A DNA stretch of 64,000 nt from an uncultured Gammaproteobacteria bacterium (lineage in GTDB: Bacteria > Patescibacteriota > Patescibacteriia > 2-01-FULL-39-33): positions 217,413-281,412 of the forward strand of contig CAZEKG010000001.1 in NCBI GenBank assembly GCA_964512625.1, in the 5' to 3' direction. The notes under the pieces were generated by a model. That model searched no databases and was not told the origin of the DNA. It saw only the letters and a program-made list of their open reading frames with translations. Both the position numbers and the translations under genes were made by a program. Positions 18,025 to 26,938 of this stretch are shown in pieces. Every line of letters starts with the position of its first letter. The first letter of the stretch is position 1.

Positions 18025-18900
18025 TTAAATACCAAAAAACTTCCTCGCGTTTTCAGTTGTCGCCTTAGAAACAACTTCTAAGTCCTCGTTTTTCAGCTCG
18101 GCTATTTTCTTAGCGATATATTTCACATAAGCGGGCTCGTTGCGACGGCCGCGATAAGGCTCGGGAGTTAAAAATGGCGCATCAGTCTCAACCAATATCC
18201 GACTTAGAGGGACCGCTTTAACCGCCAATTGGACTTCCGAGGCTTTTTTACCGAAAGTGATAATGCCGGTAAAGCCAACATAAAAACCCAGCTCAATAAA
18301 ACGCTCCGCCTGATCCGCGCGGCCGCCGAAACAATGAATAACGGCCTTAATCTTCCGACCGACGGCGATTTCCTTTTTTAGGATATCTAGCATCTCATCA
18401 TAGGCCGCATAAGGCTCATCTTTCGAACCGCGGCAATGGAGGATTAAGGGCAATTCCAGTTTTTCGGCTAAAGCGATAAAATCAAGGAAGATTTTTTGTT
18501 GTTTTGCTTTTCTCACTAGCACTTCTTCCTCACTCTTGCCCTCAAAAAAATAATAATCCAGCCCGACTTCGCCGATCGCGACGACTTTTTTAGAAGAGCG
18601 GGCTAATTTTTCATACAACGAAAAATCAGGCTCCTCGCCCGCATGCTTAATGATTTTCTTTTCGCCGTTTGCTTCCGTAAATTCTTCCGTCTCGGAAAAA
18701 AGATGAATCGGATGAAGCCCGATCGAGGCGTATACCCCCTGGGGGTATAGCTCGGCCGCTTCGATAGCTCGCTCGGAAGTAGAAAATTGAGCGCCGACAT
18801 TTATCAGCCAGACATCTTCCTTAAGCGTCCGATCAATAACTTCCCGCCAATCATCCTTAAAAGCAAAAAAGTCGAGATGGCAATGAGAGTCAATCAGCAT
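18025..18900 (-). CDS. tatD: TatD-family metal-dependent hydrolase/DNase
   Basis: MLIDSHCHLDF...GLHPIHL...EVGLDYY. The probable start is the internal Met at 18900, which removes the overlap with cvpA. The ORF-track start is 18981. Confidence 0.8.
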   Translation of the reverse strand: MLIDSHCHLDFFAFKDDWREVIDRTLKEDVWLINVGAQFSTSERAIEAAELYPQGVYASIGLHPIHLFSETEEFTEANGEKKIIKHAGEEPDFSLYEKLARSSKKVVAIGEVGLDYYFFEGKSEEEVLVRKAKQQKIFLDFIALAEKLELPLILHCRGSKDEPYAAYDEMLDILKKEIAVGRKIKAVIHCFGGRADQAERFIELGFYVGFTGIITFGKKASEVQLAVKAVPLSRILVETDAPFLTPEPYRGRRNEPAYVKYIAKKIAELKNEDLEVVSKATTENARKFFGI

Positions 18901-18904
18901 AAAT

Positions 18905-19438
18905 TTATAACAAAGTCTTAATCGTCTTAAAGGCTTCCGGAACGATATTAGGCCAATAATTATTGAACTGACTAATAACAATACTAAGCCAAGAAGCCAG
19001 CTTAGATCCGGAAATAAAAACGGCTACAGCCGGAATCGCGCCCTCAAAAGCGCCAATCGCTGCTAAGGAGAAACTAAGGATGATAATGCCTTCGATAAGC
19101 CCGAGAATCAAGCCGCCGAAGCGATTGATAGTTCCTAAGAAAGGAATGATGGCGATAAGCTTGAAAATCTTATTGATAAAATAAAAAAGTAAGCCGATTA
19201 ACCTGTTAGCAATGGTAAAAATAAGAATGAAAGCAACTACTTTAGCCCAGCCGGCATTGCCAAGTAAGATCGGAGTTAAAAAATCAGCCACCTTCAAGTA
19301 ATAAAGGCCGGCCAATTTAAGGCCAAGAACTAGGCCGATCAAAGCTCCTATTCCCTGGATCAAGCCGAGAAAGAAACCCATTGCACCGAAAAAGGCCAGG
19401 ACGGCGATAATTATGACATCAAGCAAAGTAAAAGTCAT
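18905..19438 (-). CDS. cvpA: CvpA-family membrane protein
   Basis: Four TM helices, ~177 aa, MTFTLLDVIIIAVLAFFGAMGFFLG pattern. Confidence 0.65.
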   Translation of the reverse strand: MTFTLLDVIIIAVLAFFGAMGFFLGLIQGIGALIGLVLGLKLAGLYYLKVADFLTPILLGNAGWAKVVAFILIFTIANRLIGLLFYFINKIFKLIAIIPFLGTINRFGGLILGLIEGIIILSFSLAAIGAFEGAIPAVAVFISGSKLASWLSIVISQFNNYWPNIVPEAFKTIKTLL

Positions 19439-19507
19439 ATCGTAAAATTATTTTCCATGTTTTCCTTGTTACGTAACATGCTACGCAACAAATAAAACTT
19501 TTTTATT

Positions 19508-21013
19508 TTAACTTATGCGGGGGAAAAGTCCTTCCCCTTTTTCAACCTTAGCCTTAGTTTCTAAACCGCCCCAGGCCATCGAGGCTTCTAGGTTTTGATT
19601 CTTATACTCATCAGCCCAAGCAAGATTAGCTAAAAGCTTTTCGGCGGCTTGAGGCATAACCGGATAAATCATCAAGCCAAGATGCCTTAAAAGCTCAAGC
19701 AAGTTATAAATAACTTTAGCTAGCCTATCGGGATCAGTTTTTGCAAGTTCCCAAGGCTTATTCTTTTCCACATAGCCGTCACCAAGAGAAACTAAAGATT
19801 TTATAGCGAGAATCATCTTATCAACCGCAAAAATCTCCGCCGCCGCTTCATAATCGCGCCAGATATCCTTGACCGAGACTTCTAATTCATGATCTTTTTC
19901 CGGAACTTCGCCGTTAAAATATTTTTCCGTCATCGCCAAGACTCGACTGGAAAGATTGCCGACGCCATTGGCTAAATCAGCATTGTATTGCAAAACAAAA
20001 TCGCCGGCCTTGAAATCGCCATCTTGTCCGAAAGGAAACTGAGCTAACAATAAATATCTCACCGCATCGGAACCGAATTCTTTGACTAATTCCGTCGGAT
20101 CAATAATATTGCCTAGCGATTTTCCCATCTTCTGACCATCAACCGTAAAAAAGCCATGAGCGAAAACGACTTTCGGCGTTTCAATACCGATAGCCATCAG
20201 CATCGCCGGCCAATAAACTGCATGGAACTTCAAGATATCCTTACCGATCACATGGATGTCTGCCGGCCAGAATTTTTCCAATCTACTTTCGTCATTAGAA
20301 CCGTAGCCTAAACCGGTAATGTAATTAGATAGGGCATCAACCCAAACATAAGTGACTTGCTTCTCGTCAAACGGCAGTTTAATACCCCACTTGACGCTTT
20401 CGCGCGAAATGGAAAAATCTTCCATACCCTGCTTGAATAAACCAATAACTTCTTTTTTCTTCGATTCAGGCATGATTCTTATCTCATCCTCAATGATTTT
20501 CCTTTCTAATTCCGGCAAATATTTCTTGAGATTGAAAAAATAATTCTTTTCCCTTACTTCTTCGGGCCTAACTTTATGAACCGGGCAAAGGCCATCGATC
20601 AATTCTTTTTCCGTCACAAAACTTTCACAGCCATTACAATAAAGGCCGAGATATTCACCTTCGTAAATAGCGCCCGCTTCTTTCATTTTATTCAAAACTT
20701 TTTCCACGCCGTTCTTATGCTCGATTGAAGTCGTCCTGATGAAATGATCCTGAGAAATATCTAAGATATCCCAAGCGAGCATGAAGCTAGCCGAGATTTG
20801 ATCGGTAAATTCCTTTGGCGATAAATTATTTTCTTCCGCCGTCTTGGCGACTTTATTGCCGTGCTCGTCAGTTCCGGTTAAGAAAAAAACCTCCTCGCCT
20901 TTCAAGCGATGATAGCGAGCTAAAACATCAGAAGCAATGGTCGGATAAGCGCTACCGATATGGGGCTTATCATTGGCATAATAAATCGGAGTAGTGATAT
21001 AAAATTTTTTCAT
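19508..21013 (-). CDS. metG: methionyl-tRNA synthetase
   Basis: HIGSAYPTIASDVLARYHRLKG (HIGH region), KMGKSLGN (KMSKS). Confidence 0.95.
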   Translation of the reverse strand: MKKFYITTPIYYANDKPHIGSAYPTIASDVLARYHRLKGEEVFFLTGTDEHGNKVAKTAEENNLSPKEFTDQISASFMLAWDILDISQDHFIRTTSIEHKNGVEKVLNKMKEAGAIYEGEYLGLYCNGCESFVTEKELIDGLCPVHKVRPEEVREKNYFFNLKKYLPELERKIIEDEIRIMPESKKKEVIGLFKQGMEDFSISRESVKWGIKLPFDEKQVTYVWVDALSNYITGLGYGSNDESRLEKFWPADIHVIGKDILKFHAVYWPAMLMAIGIETPKVVFAHGFFTVDGQKMGKSLGNIIDPTELVKEFGSDAVRYLLLAQFPFGQDGDFKAGDFVLQYNADLANGVGNLSSRVLAMTEKYFNGEVPEKDHELEVSVKDIWRDYEAAAEIFAVDKMILAIKSLVSLGDGYVEKNKPWELAKTDPDRLAKVIYNLLELLRHLGLMIYPVMPQAAEKLLANLAWADEYKNQNLEASMAWGGLETKAKVEKGEGLFPRIS

Positions 21014-21052
21014 AAGACTCGTTTAAATATTATTTAGATCTTTTCATCGCTA

Positions 21053-21751
21053 TTATCTCTTACCTTCGACGACAACGACGAATTCGCCCTTAGTCACGCC
21101 TTCTTTCAACTTAGCGATTACCGTCTTCAGATCGCCGCGATAAACCGTTTCGAATTTTTTTGTCAGTTCTCGACAAACGACGATCCGGCGATGTTTATCA
21201 GCCCCGTCGGGCATCATCTCCTCTAACTTTACCAAAGACTTCATAATCCGATGAGTCGATTCATAAAAAACCGCCGTTTCTTCGCTTTCGATTATCCGTT
21301 TCAACATCGTTTCCTTGCCTTTTTTGTGGGGTAAGAAACCGAGGAATAAAAAGCGATCCGTCGGCAAGCCGGAAATGGAAAGGGCCGAGATAATGGCCGA
21401 AGGTCCGGGAATCGCTACAACTTCCAGCTCTTCGCCAAACTTCTTAATCGCCTCGGCGATAAAAAGATTGCCCGGATCAGATATTCCGGGAGTTCCGGCA
21501 TCAGTAATCAAAGCCATCTCCCCCGCTTCTTTCATTTTATCAAGCAAGAAGCCGACTTTATCCGACGAACTGTGCTGATGATAAGAAACGGTTTTAGTTT
21601 TTATTTCATAAGCCGCTAAAAGCCGACTAGAAACGCGCGTATCTTCACAAGCAATTAAAGGCACAGACTTAAGTATTTCCAAAGCCCGTAAAGTGATATC
21701 GCTTAAATTTCCCAGTGGCGTCGCCACGATATATAGCTTAATCATGGGCAA
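21053..21751 (-). CDS. rsmI: 16S rRNA (cytidine1402-2'-O)-methyltransferase
   Basis: LYIVATPLGNLSDITLRALEILKSVPLIACEDTR tetrapyrrole-methylase fold. Confidence 0.85.
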   Translation of the reverse strand: MPMIKLYIVATPLGNLSDITLRALEILKSVPLIACEDTRVSSRLLAAYEIKTKTVSYHQHSSSDKVGFLLDKMKEAGEMALITDAGTPGISDPGNLFIAEAIKKFGEELEVVAIPGPSAIISALSISGLPTDRFLFLGFLPHKKGKETMLKRIIESEETAVFYESTHRIMKSLVKLEEMMPDGADKHRRIVVCRELTKKFETVYRGDLKTVIAKLKEGVTKGEFVVVVEGKR

Positions 21752-21854
21752 ATCATACCATTTTTCCCCTATAAAATCAAATTTTAGCGATTTTTGGGAT
21801 AAAAAACTCCGCCCTAGGGCGGAGTTTTCTTATATAGAGTTTTAAGCGATAATC

Positions 21855-22745
21855 TTATTTAACGGCCGGAGCGGTTGTCGAAACTGTCTGAGTCAGGTCA
21901 ACCTTAATGACCTTATTCTTAGCTAAATCCTTATAAGTACCCATAGCATCAAGCTTCGTAAAGATATAGGCGCCATCAGTCTTATTAATAGTACCATAGT
22001 TCGGCCAAATTTGAGTCAAACCCTGATACTCGGACATCTCGCCGGTAATGATAATGGTCGGAACGACGGTAATGGCATATTTCTTAACTAAGTCTTTACC
22101 TTCGGCGGAAGAAATATCAACTGACTTGGAATTCTTATCAGTAATGCCTAATTGTTGTAAAGCCTGTTCATGAGTCCTAACATCATAGCATTCCTTGCAA
22201 GAAGAATCCCCGAGGTAAGTTACATTAACTTTGCCTTTTATTTGTCCGGAGGCGATATCAAAATAAGGAGGAATGACTTGCCTAAAAACGAAAGTACCAT
22301 CAATGATCTCTCCTAAAGCACCCCAAATTTCTTTCCACTCAGCTTTCGCTTCTAAATCGCCGGTAATGATAATAGTCGGGACTTTAGTAATCTTATATTT
22401 CTCAACTAGATCCTTGCCTTTCTTATCTTCAATATTAACGGTCGCCTTTTTAGTTTCGGTTATGCCATTCTGATGAAGGGCGTCTAAAAGTAAATTAACA
22501 TCCCAGCAATCAGTGCATTCATTCTTAGTTATGATAGTCAATTCAAGCTTGGCGTTTTTTACACCAGACGATCCATCTTTAGAGCCGCCTTTATTCTGGA
22601 TGAAATAAATAGCCAACAAAACGATGATTAAGATTAAAAACGCGATGCTAAGGCCGATAGCCAAGCCTCGTCCGAAAGAGGTCGGTTCAGCTTCTGAAGG
22701 AAATTCACCTTTAGGGCGAAGTAACTTAGAAAAAGGATTCTTCAT
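21855..22745 (-). CDS. membrane-anchored protein with two tandem thioredoxin-like domains (CxxC)
   Basis: N-terminal TM segment. Duplicated modules with CTDC/CKEC and VPTIIITG (cis-Pro-like). Confidence 0.5.
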   Translation of the reverse strand: MKNPFSKLLRPKGEFPSEAEPTSFGRGLAIGLSIAFLILIIVLLAIYFIQNKGGSKDGSSGVKNAKLELTIITKNECTDCWDVNLLLDALHQNGITETKKATVNIEDKKGKDLVEKYKITKVPTIIITGDLEAKAEWKEIWGALGEIIDGTFVFRQVIPPYFDIASGQIKGKVNVTYLGDSSCKECYDVRTHEQALQQLGITDKNSKSVDISSAEGKDLVKKYAITVVPTIIITGEMSEYQGLTQIWPNYGTINKTDGAYIFTKLDAMGTYKDLAKNKVIKVDLTQTVSTTAPAVK

Positions 22746-22829
22746 AGTTATTCTTTTAATTATTTTACAAAAAAATTAGACTCATTCCGAGTTGCTAATA
22801 TTTTAACATATAAAAATAAGGGACGCAAA

Positions 22830-23402
22830 CTACTTTGGAACAATCTTACCCTGCCTTAAAATCGTAAAATCTTCCTGATCAAACTTAATTAAAGTCGAGG
22901 GTAAACCCTTGCTGAGCCTCCCAGCGTAATAATAATCTACTTTAGTCGCAAAATATTTTTTTGCCTCAGTAAGGTTACTAGCCGGCGGAAAACCGGAAGG
23001 ATTAGCGCTAGGGGCCGCTAAAGGGCCTGTTTTTTTAACTATTTCTCTTAGCCATTCATTATCAGGTAAGCGGAAAGCTAAAGATTTCGTTCCTCTATGA
23101 AGATAATGCCATTTTACCTTAGGGCAATCAAAAATAATACTTAAGGCTCCAGGCCAATTGCGCCTCAGAAAAGCTCGCTGAAAATCACTGATTTTAATAC
23201 CGAAAAGATCAAGATCTTTAATATTAGAAATAAGAATAATAAAAGGCTTATCTTTTTCCCGATCCTTGATTTCATAAACTCTCTCAACAGCCTTTTTAGA
23301 AAAAGCGGAAGCGACTAAGCCGTAAATCGTATCCGTCGGCATGACCGCTAGACCACCGGACTTTAAAGTTTCTATCAAGCACTTATCTTTTTCGTTTAAC
23401 AT
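22830..23402 (-). CDS. tsaC: L-threonylcarbamoyladenylate synthase (YrdC/TsaC family)
   Basis: PTDTIYGLVASAFSKKAVERVYEIKDREKDKPFIIL. Confidence 0.85.
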   Translation of the reverse strand: MLNEKDKCLIETLKSGGLAVMPTDTIYGLVASAFSKKAVERVYEIKDREKDKPFIILISNIKDLDLFGIKISDFQRAFLRRNWPGALSIIFDCPKVKWHYLHRGTKSLAFRLPDNEWLREIVKKTGPLAAPSANPSGFPPASNLTEAKKYFATKVDYYYAGRLSKGLPSTLIKFDQEDFTILRQGKIVPK

Positions 23403-23407
23403 AGAGA

Positions 23408-24154
23408 TTACTCAAAAATTATTTTAGCCCCGTACATAAAAACTAAAGCTAAAACAAAAAGCCCGAAGTTAAAAACAGATCTTTTCATGTTACTGTCTTT
23501 ATGAAGTTCCGGAATTAGATCGGAGGCCGCAATATAAATAAAACCGCCAGCCGCGATCGGCAATAATAAATAATGGAAACCGGGGTTCAAGCCGCTTAGA
23601 AAATAAGCTAGAAAAACTCCAATGATAGCGACAATGGCCGAAGCGAAGTTATATAATAAAGCCTGGATTTTGGAAAAGCCGGAATAAATCAAAACGCCGA
23701 AATCTCCGAGCTCCTGAGGGATTTCATGAAGAATAATAGAGAATAAAACCGACCAGCCAAGATAAAAATCAATCGCGAAAGCGGAAAAAATGATCATGCC
23801 GTCAATAACGTTATGGATGCCACCGCCGATAATATTGAGCCAGCCTAAATGCTCGTGAGTCTCGCAATGGCCTTCGTGGCAATGGCGCCAGCGAAGCAGC
23901 CTCTCCATAATATAAAAAAGGCAGAACCCAACTAAGAGCCAAGCGAAAACCGGTATGGCGTTACTGTTTTGATCAAGCGCCTCAGGTAAAAGATGGAAAA
24001 AAGCGCCTCCCATCAAGGCTCCGGCTGAAAAAGCTACTAGATGAATAATGATCTTATTCAAAGTCTTATCCCTGATTAGAAGCGATAAAGCTCCAACGAA
24101 AGAGATTAAGCCGACGATTATAGCGGCCAAGAGAGACCAATAAAGACTCATCAT
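23408..24154 (-). CDS. ZIP-family metal (Zn) transporter
   Basis: HEIPQELGDFGVL and a His-rich loop HCHEGHCETHEH. I trimmed the start to the Met at 24154 because the ORF-track start at 24223 overlaps a tRNA. Confidence 0.75.
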   Translation of the reverse strand: MMSLYWSLLAAIIVGLISFVGALSLLIRDKTLNKIIIHLVAFSAGALMGGAFFHLLPEALDQNSNAIPVFAWLLVGFCLFYIMERLLRWRHCHEGHCETHEHLGWLNIIGGGIHNVIDGMIIFSAFAIDFYLGWSVLFSIILHEIPQELGDFGVLIYSGFSKIQALLYNFASAIVAIIGVFLAYFLSGLNPGFHYLLLPIAAGGFIYIAASDLIPELHKDSNMKRSVFNFGLFVLALVFMYGAKIIFE

Positions 24155-24177
24155 ATTTTTAAGCTTAATATCAGAAA

Positions 24178-24248
24178 TGGACCTAGGCGGAGTCGAACCG
24201 CCGTTACTGCAATGCGAATGCAATGTCGTACCGCTAGACCATAGGCCC
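24178..24248 (-). tRNA. tRNA-Ala (anticodon CGC)
   Basis: Cloverleaf folded by hand: acceptor GGGCCTA/TAGGTCC with G3:U70, anticodon loop TTCGCAT, T-arm GGCGG-TTCGACT-CCGCC. CCA is not encoded. Confidence 0.7.
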
Positions 24249-24297
24249 TTTATACTGCCAATAAAAATCTTGACTAACTCATATTAGCCTAAAAAAG

Positions 24298-25773
24298 CTA
24301 AAATTTCAACCCGGCTTTAGTTTTATTCATAGCGGCTCGGATCTTAGTCTTGGCCATTGAAGTCTTGACGAATTCCAACCAATCAGGATTAGGACTTTTA
24401 CGATTCTTATCATTTATAATTTCAACAATATCACCGCTTTTCAAAACCGAATCAAGACTGACCATTTGATCATTTATTCTGGCGCCAACACATTTATCGC
24501 CGAGCGAACTATGAACGTGATAAGCGAAATCAACCGGCGTCGAACCTTCCGGCAAATCGATTACATCTCCTCTCGGAGTAAGGACGAAGATCCTGTTTTG
24601 AAAAATATCAAACTTAATCGTATGTAAGAATTGCTCATTATCTTTTATTTGACTTTGCCATTTAACCAATTCATTAATCCATTTCGTTACTTGATTATCG
24701 ACCGAACCTTTATTTTCTTTATAATTCCAATGAGCGGCTACTCCGTATTCCGCCTCTTCATGCATCTTTTTCGTCCTGATTTGAAACTCAACAATTTCAC
24801 CGTCCTCGGTAAAGACGGTCGTATGAAGCGACTGATAGCCGTTTAGCTTCGGCTGAGCTATATAATCTTTAATACGGCCCGGCATCGGCCGATACATTTG
24901 ATGGATAACTCCGAGAGTTAAATAACAATCCGCTACGGTCGGCAAGATTATTCTAAGAGCGATTAAATCATAAACTTTCGAAAGATCGCGGTTAATATTA
25001 GGCTTATTCAACTTTTTATAAAGACTATATAAATGCTTAGTTCGGCCATGAATCGAAAGAACTTCCACATCAAGACCGTTTTCAACCAGCTTCTTATCGA
25101 TCGCTTTTTTAACTTTTTCCAAATACCTACCTTTTGCCTTATATTCCTTAGGTAATATCTCACTGATCCATTTATAATCCTCAGGATAAACATACTTGAA
25201 AGACAAGTCCTCTAGTTCGCCTTTAATCTTACCAATAGAAAGACGATCAGCAATCGGGGCATAAATCTCTAAAGACTCGCGGGCTATCCTGATTTGCTTA
25301 TCCGGCGGCAAGGCATCCAAGGTTTTTAGGTTGTGAAGCCGATCGGCGAATTTAATAAGAATGACCCGAATGTCATCACTCATCGCGACGAACATCTTCC
25401 GAAGATTTTCTGCATAACGTTCAATGCCACGATATTTTATTTTTCCCAACTTGGTAATGCCGTCGACCAACTGCGCCACATCCGGCCCGAAATTTTTCCT
25501 AAGATCCTCGATGGTTTTTCCCGTATCTTCCGGCACATCATGAAGTAAGCCGGCAATAATAGTATTTAAGTCCATTTTCAAATCGGCCAGCTTTTGGGCG
25601 GTCGCTATGGGATGAAGGATATATGGCTCGCCGGAAGCGCGCTTTTGGCCTTGATGAGCCTCCGCCGCATACTCATAAGCCATTTTTACCAATTCTAAAT
25701 CATCAGCTGAAAAATTGCCTTCCAGCTTCTGGGATAGCTTTTTAAATTCTTGGTTCGGATCGTAAGTGAACAT
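24298..25773 (-). CDS. (p)ppGpp synthetase/hydrolase, short Rel/SpoT homologue (HD + synthetase + TGS domains)
   Basis: HD motif LHDVPEDT. The synthetase region is followed by a TGS-like C-terminus. At 491 aa it lacks the usual ACT/RRM tail. Confidence 0.8.
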   Translation of the reverse strand: MFTYDPNQEFKKLSQKLEGNFSADDLELVKMAYEYAAEAHQGQKRASGEPYILHPIATAQKLADLKMDLNTIIAGLLHDVPEDTGKTIEDLRKNFGPDVAQLVDGITKLGKIKYRGIERYAENLRKMFVAMSDDIRVILIKFADRLHNLKTLDALPPDKQIRIARESLEIYAPIADRLSIGKIKGELEDLSFKYVYPEDYKWISEILPKEYKAKGRYLEKVKKAIDKKLVENGLDVEVLSIHGRTKHLYSLYKKLNKPNINRDLSKVYDLIALRIILPTVADCYLTLGVIHQMYRPMPGRIKDYIAQPKLNGYQSLHTTVFTEDGEIVEFQIRTKKMHEEAEYGVAAHWNYKENKGSVDNQVTKWINELVKWQSQIKDNEQFLHTIKFDIFQNRIFVLTPRGDVIDLPEGSTPVDFAYHVHSSLGDKCVGARINDQMVSLDSVLKSGDIVEIINDKNRKSPNPDWLEFVKTSMAKTKIRAAMNKTKAGLKF

Positions 25774-25915
25774 AATAATTGTTCGCCAGGATTAAAAATA
25801 GGCTTTAGCAAATTATAGCCGAAACTGTGGATAAAATCAATTGACTACTTAATTGAATTGTTTTTTCGTGGTATACTATAAACATTAAGTAACTCAAAAT
25901 AAAAACTAAAAAAGT

Positions 25916-26854
25916 ATGGCTCCCAAAAAAACTCCAGTTGCGATGCCGGCTTCTATGCCTTCCATCCCAACTAAAACCGTCAGCCAGTCTAAAATCCTCC
26001 AGGCTCTTGGCTTAGCGGTTGTTGCCGTTGCCGGCTTAGCTTTCTTCGGCTCGGTTTTAATGAACAGCATAATCGGCCTCCAACCGAAACCAATCATCTC
26101 TGCTGTTAATGTTTCTAATTACACTCCGGTTTTAGCTGACGGAACTATTACAATTTCTTGGATCGCTCAAAATGCTAGCCAATATCTAGTTCAATACCAG
26201 AAAACTGGGGGAACTAACGATACTAGGATCGCCTACTCTCCGCAAATCACTCTTAGATTAATGGATTTACCTCTCGAAATTCCTTTCAAGGTCAAAATCA
26301 CTCCGAAAACCTCAAACTGGTTCAATCCTATTTATGGTTCTCCCGTTTATACTCAAGATATTACTATCGGCAAGTTGGCTACCCGCCCTTGCAGCAATCA
26401 ATGCAAAGTCGGCGATGTGAATTGTGATGGATTAACCGATTCTAAAGACCTAAGTATCGCCAACACTATACAAGCTTCCAACCTTTCTATTACCGATAAT
26501 AATCGATGTGCAGATGTTGATAATAGTGGTAAATTTGATGTTACAGATTGGCAAAAAATCAGCAATGTAGTTACTCTTGGCCATAACTACGGCAATTGGC
26601 CGTTTATCGCCACAACCACCTCAACAACAACCCTCCCGATTCTTGGACTTATTTGCCCAAATAGAATAAAGGGCGATGTTAATGGCGATGGCAAAGTTGA
26701 TGCTTTAGATATTCAATTAGCTATAAATATTTCATTGAATACTGCCTCCTTAAGAAACTACCCTTGCGCCGATCGAAATAACGACGGACTAGTCAATAAG
26801 ATGGATATAGATGTCTTAGTTAATTGCATTTTGTCTCTAGAAACTTGCAAATAA
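25916..26854 (+). CDS. secreted Fn3-like + dockerin-repeat protein
   Basis: Signal/TM segment. Four Ca-binding dockerin-type repeats (DVNCDGLTDSKD, DVDNSGKFDVTD, DVNGDGKVDALD, DRNNDGLVNKMD). Confidence 0.6.
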   Translation: MAPKKTPVAMPASMPSIPTKTVSQSKILQALGLAVVAVAGLAFFGSVLMNSIIGLQPKPIISAVNVSNYTPVLADGTITISWIAQNASQYLVQYQKTGGTNDTRIAYSPQITLRLMDLPLEIPFKVKITPKTSNWFNPIYGSPVYTQDITIGKLATRPCSNQCKVGDVNCDGLTDSKDLSIANTIQASNLSITDNNRCADVDNSGKFDVTDWQKISNVVTLGHNYGNWPFIATTTSTTTLPILGLICPNRIKGDVNGDGKVDALDIQLAINISLNTASLRNYPCADRNNDGLVNKMDIDVLVNCILSLETCK

Positions 26855-26875
26855 GTTTTCAAACTCCACGATTAT

Positions 26876-26911
26876 AAAACCCCGCTCGGATCCGAGCGGG
26901 GTTTTATTTTT
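26876..26911. terminator. rho-independent terminator (22-bp perfect palindrome + T-run)
   Basis: ccccgctcggatccgagcgggg followed by ttttatttttt. Confidence 0.7.
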
Positions 26912-26938
26912 AATTTTGTTACGTAACAAGCGATGAGC

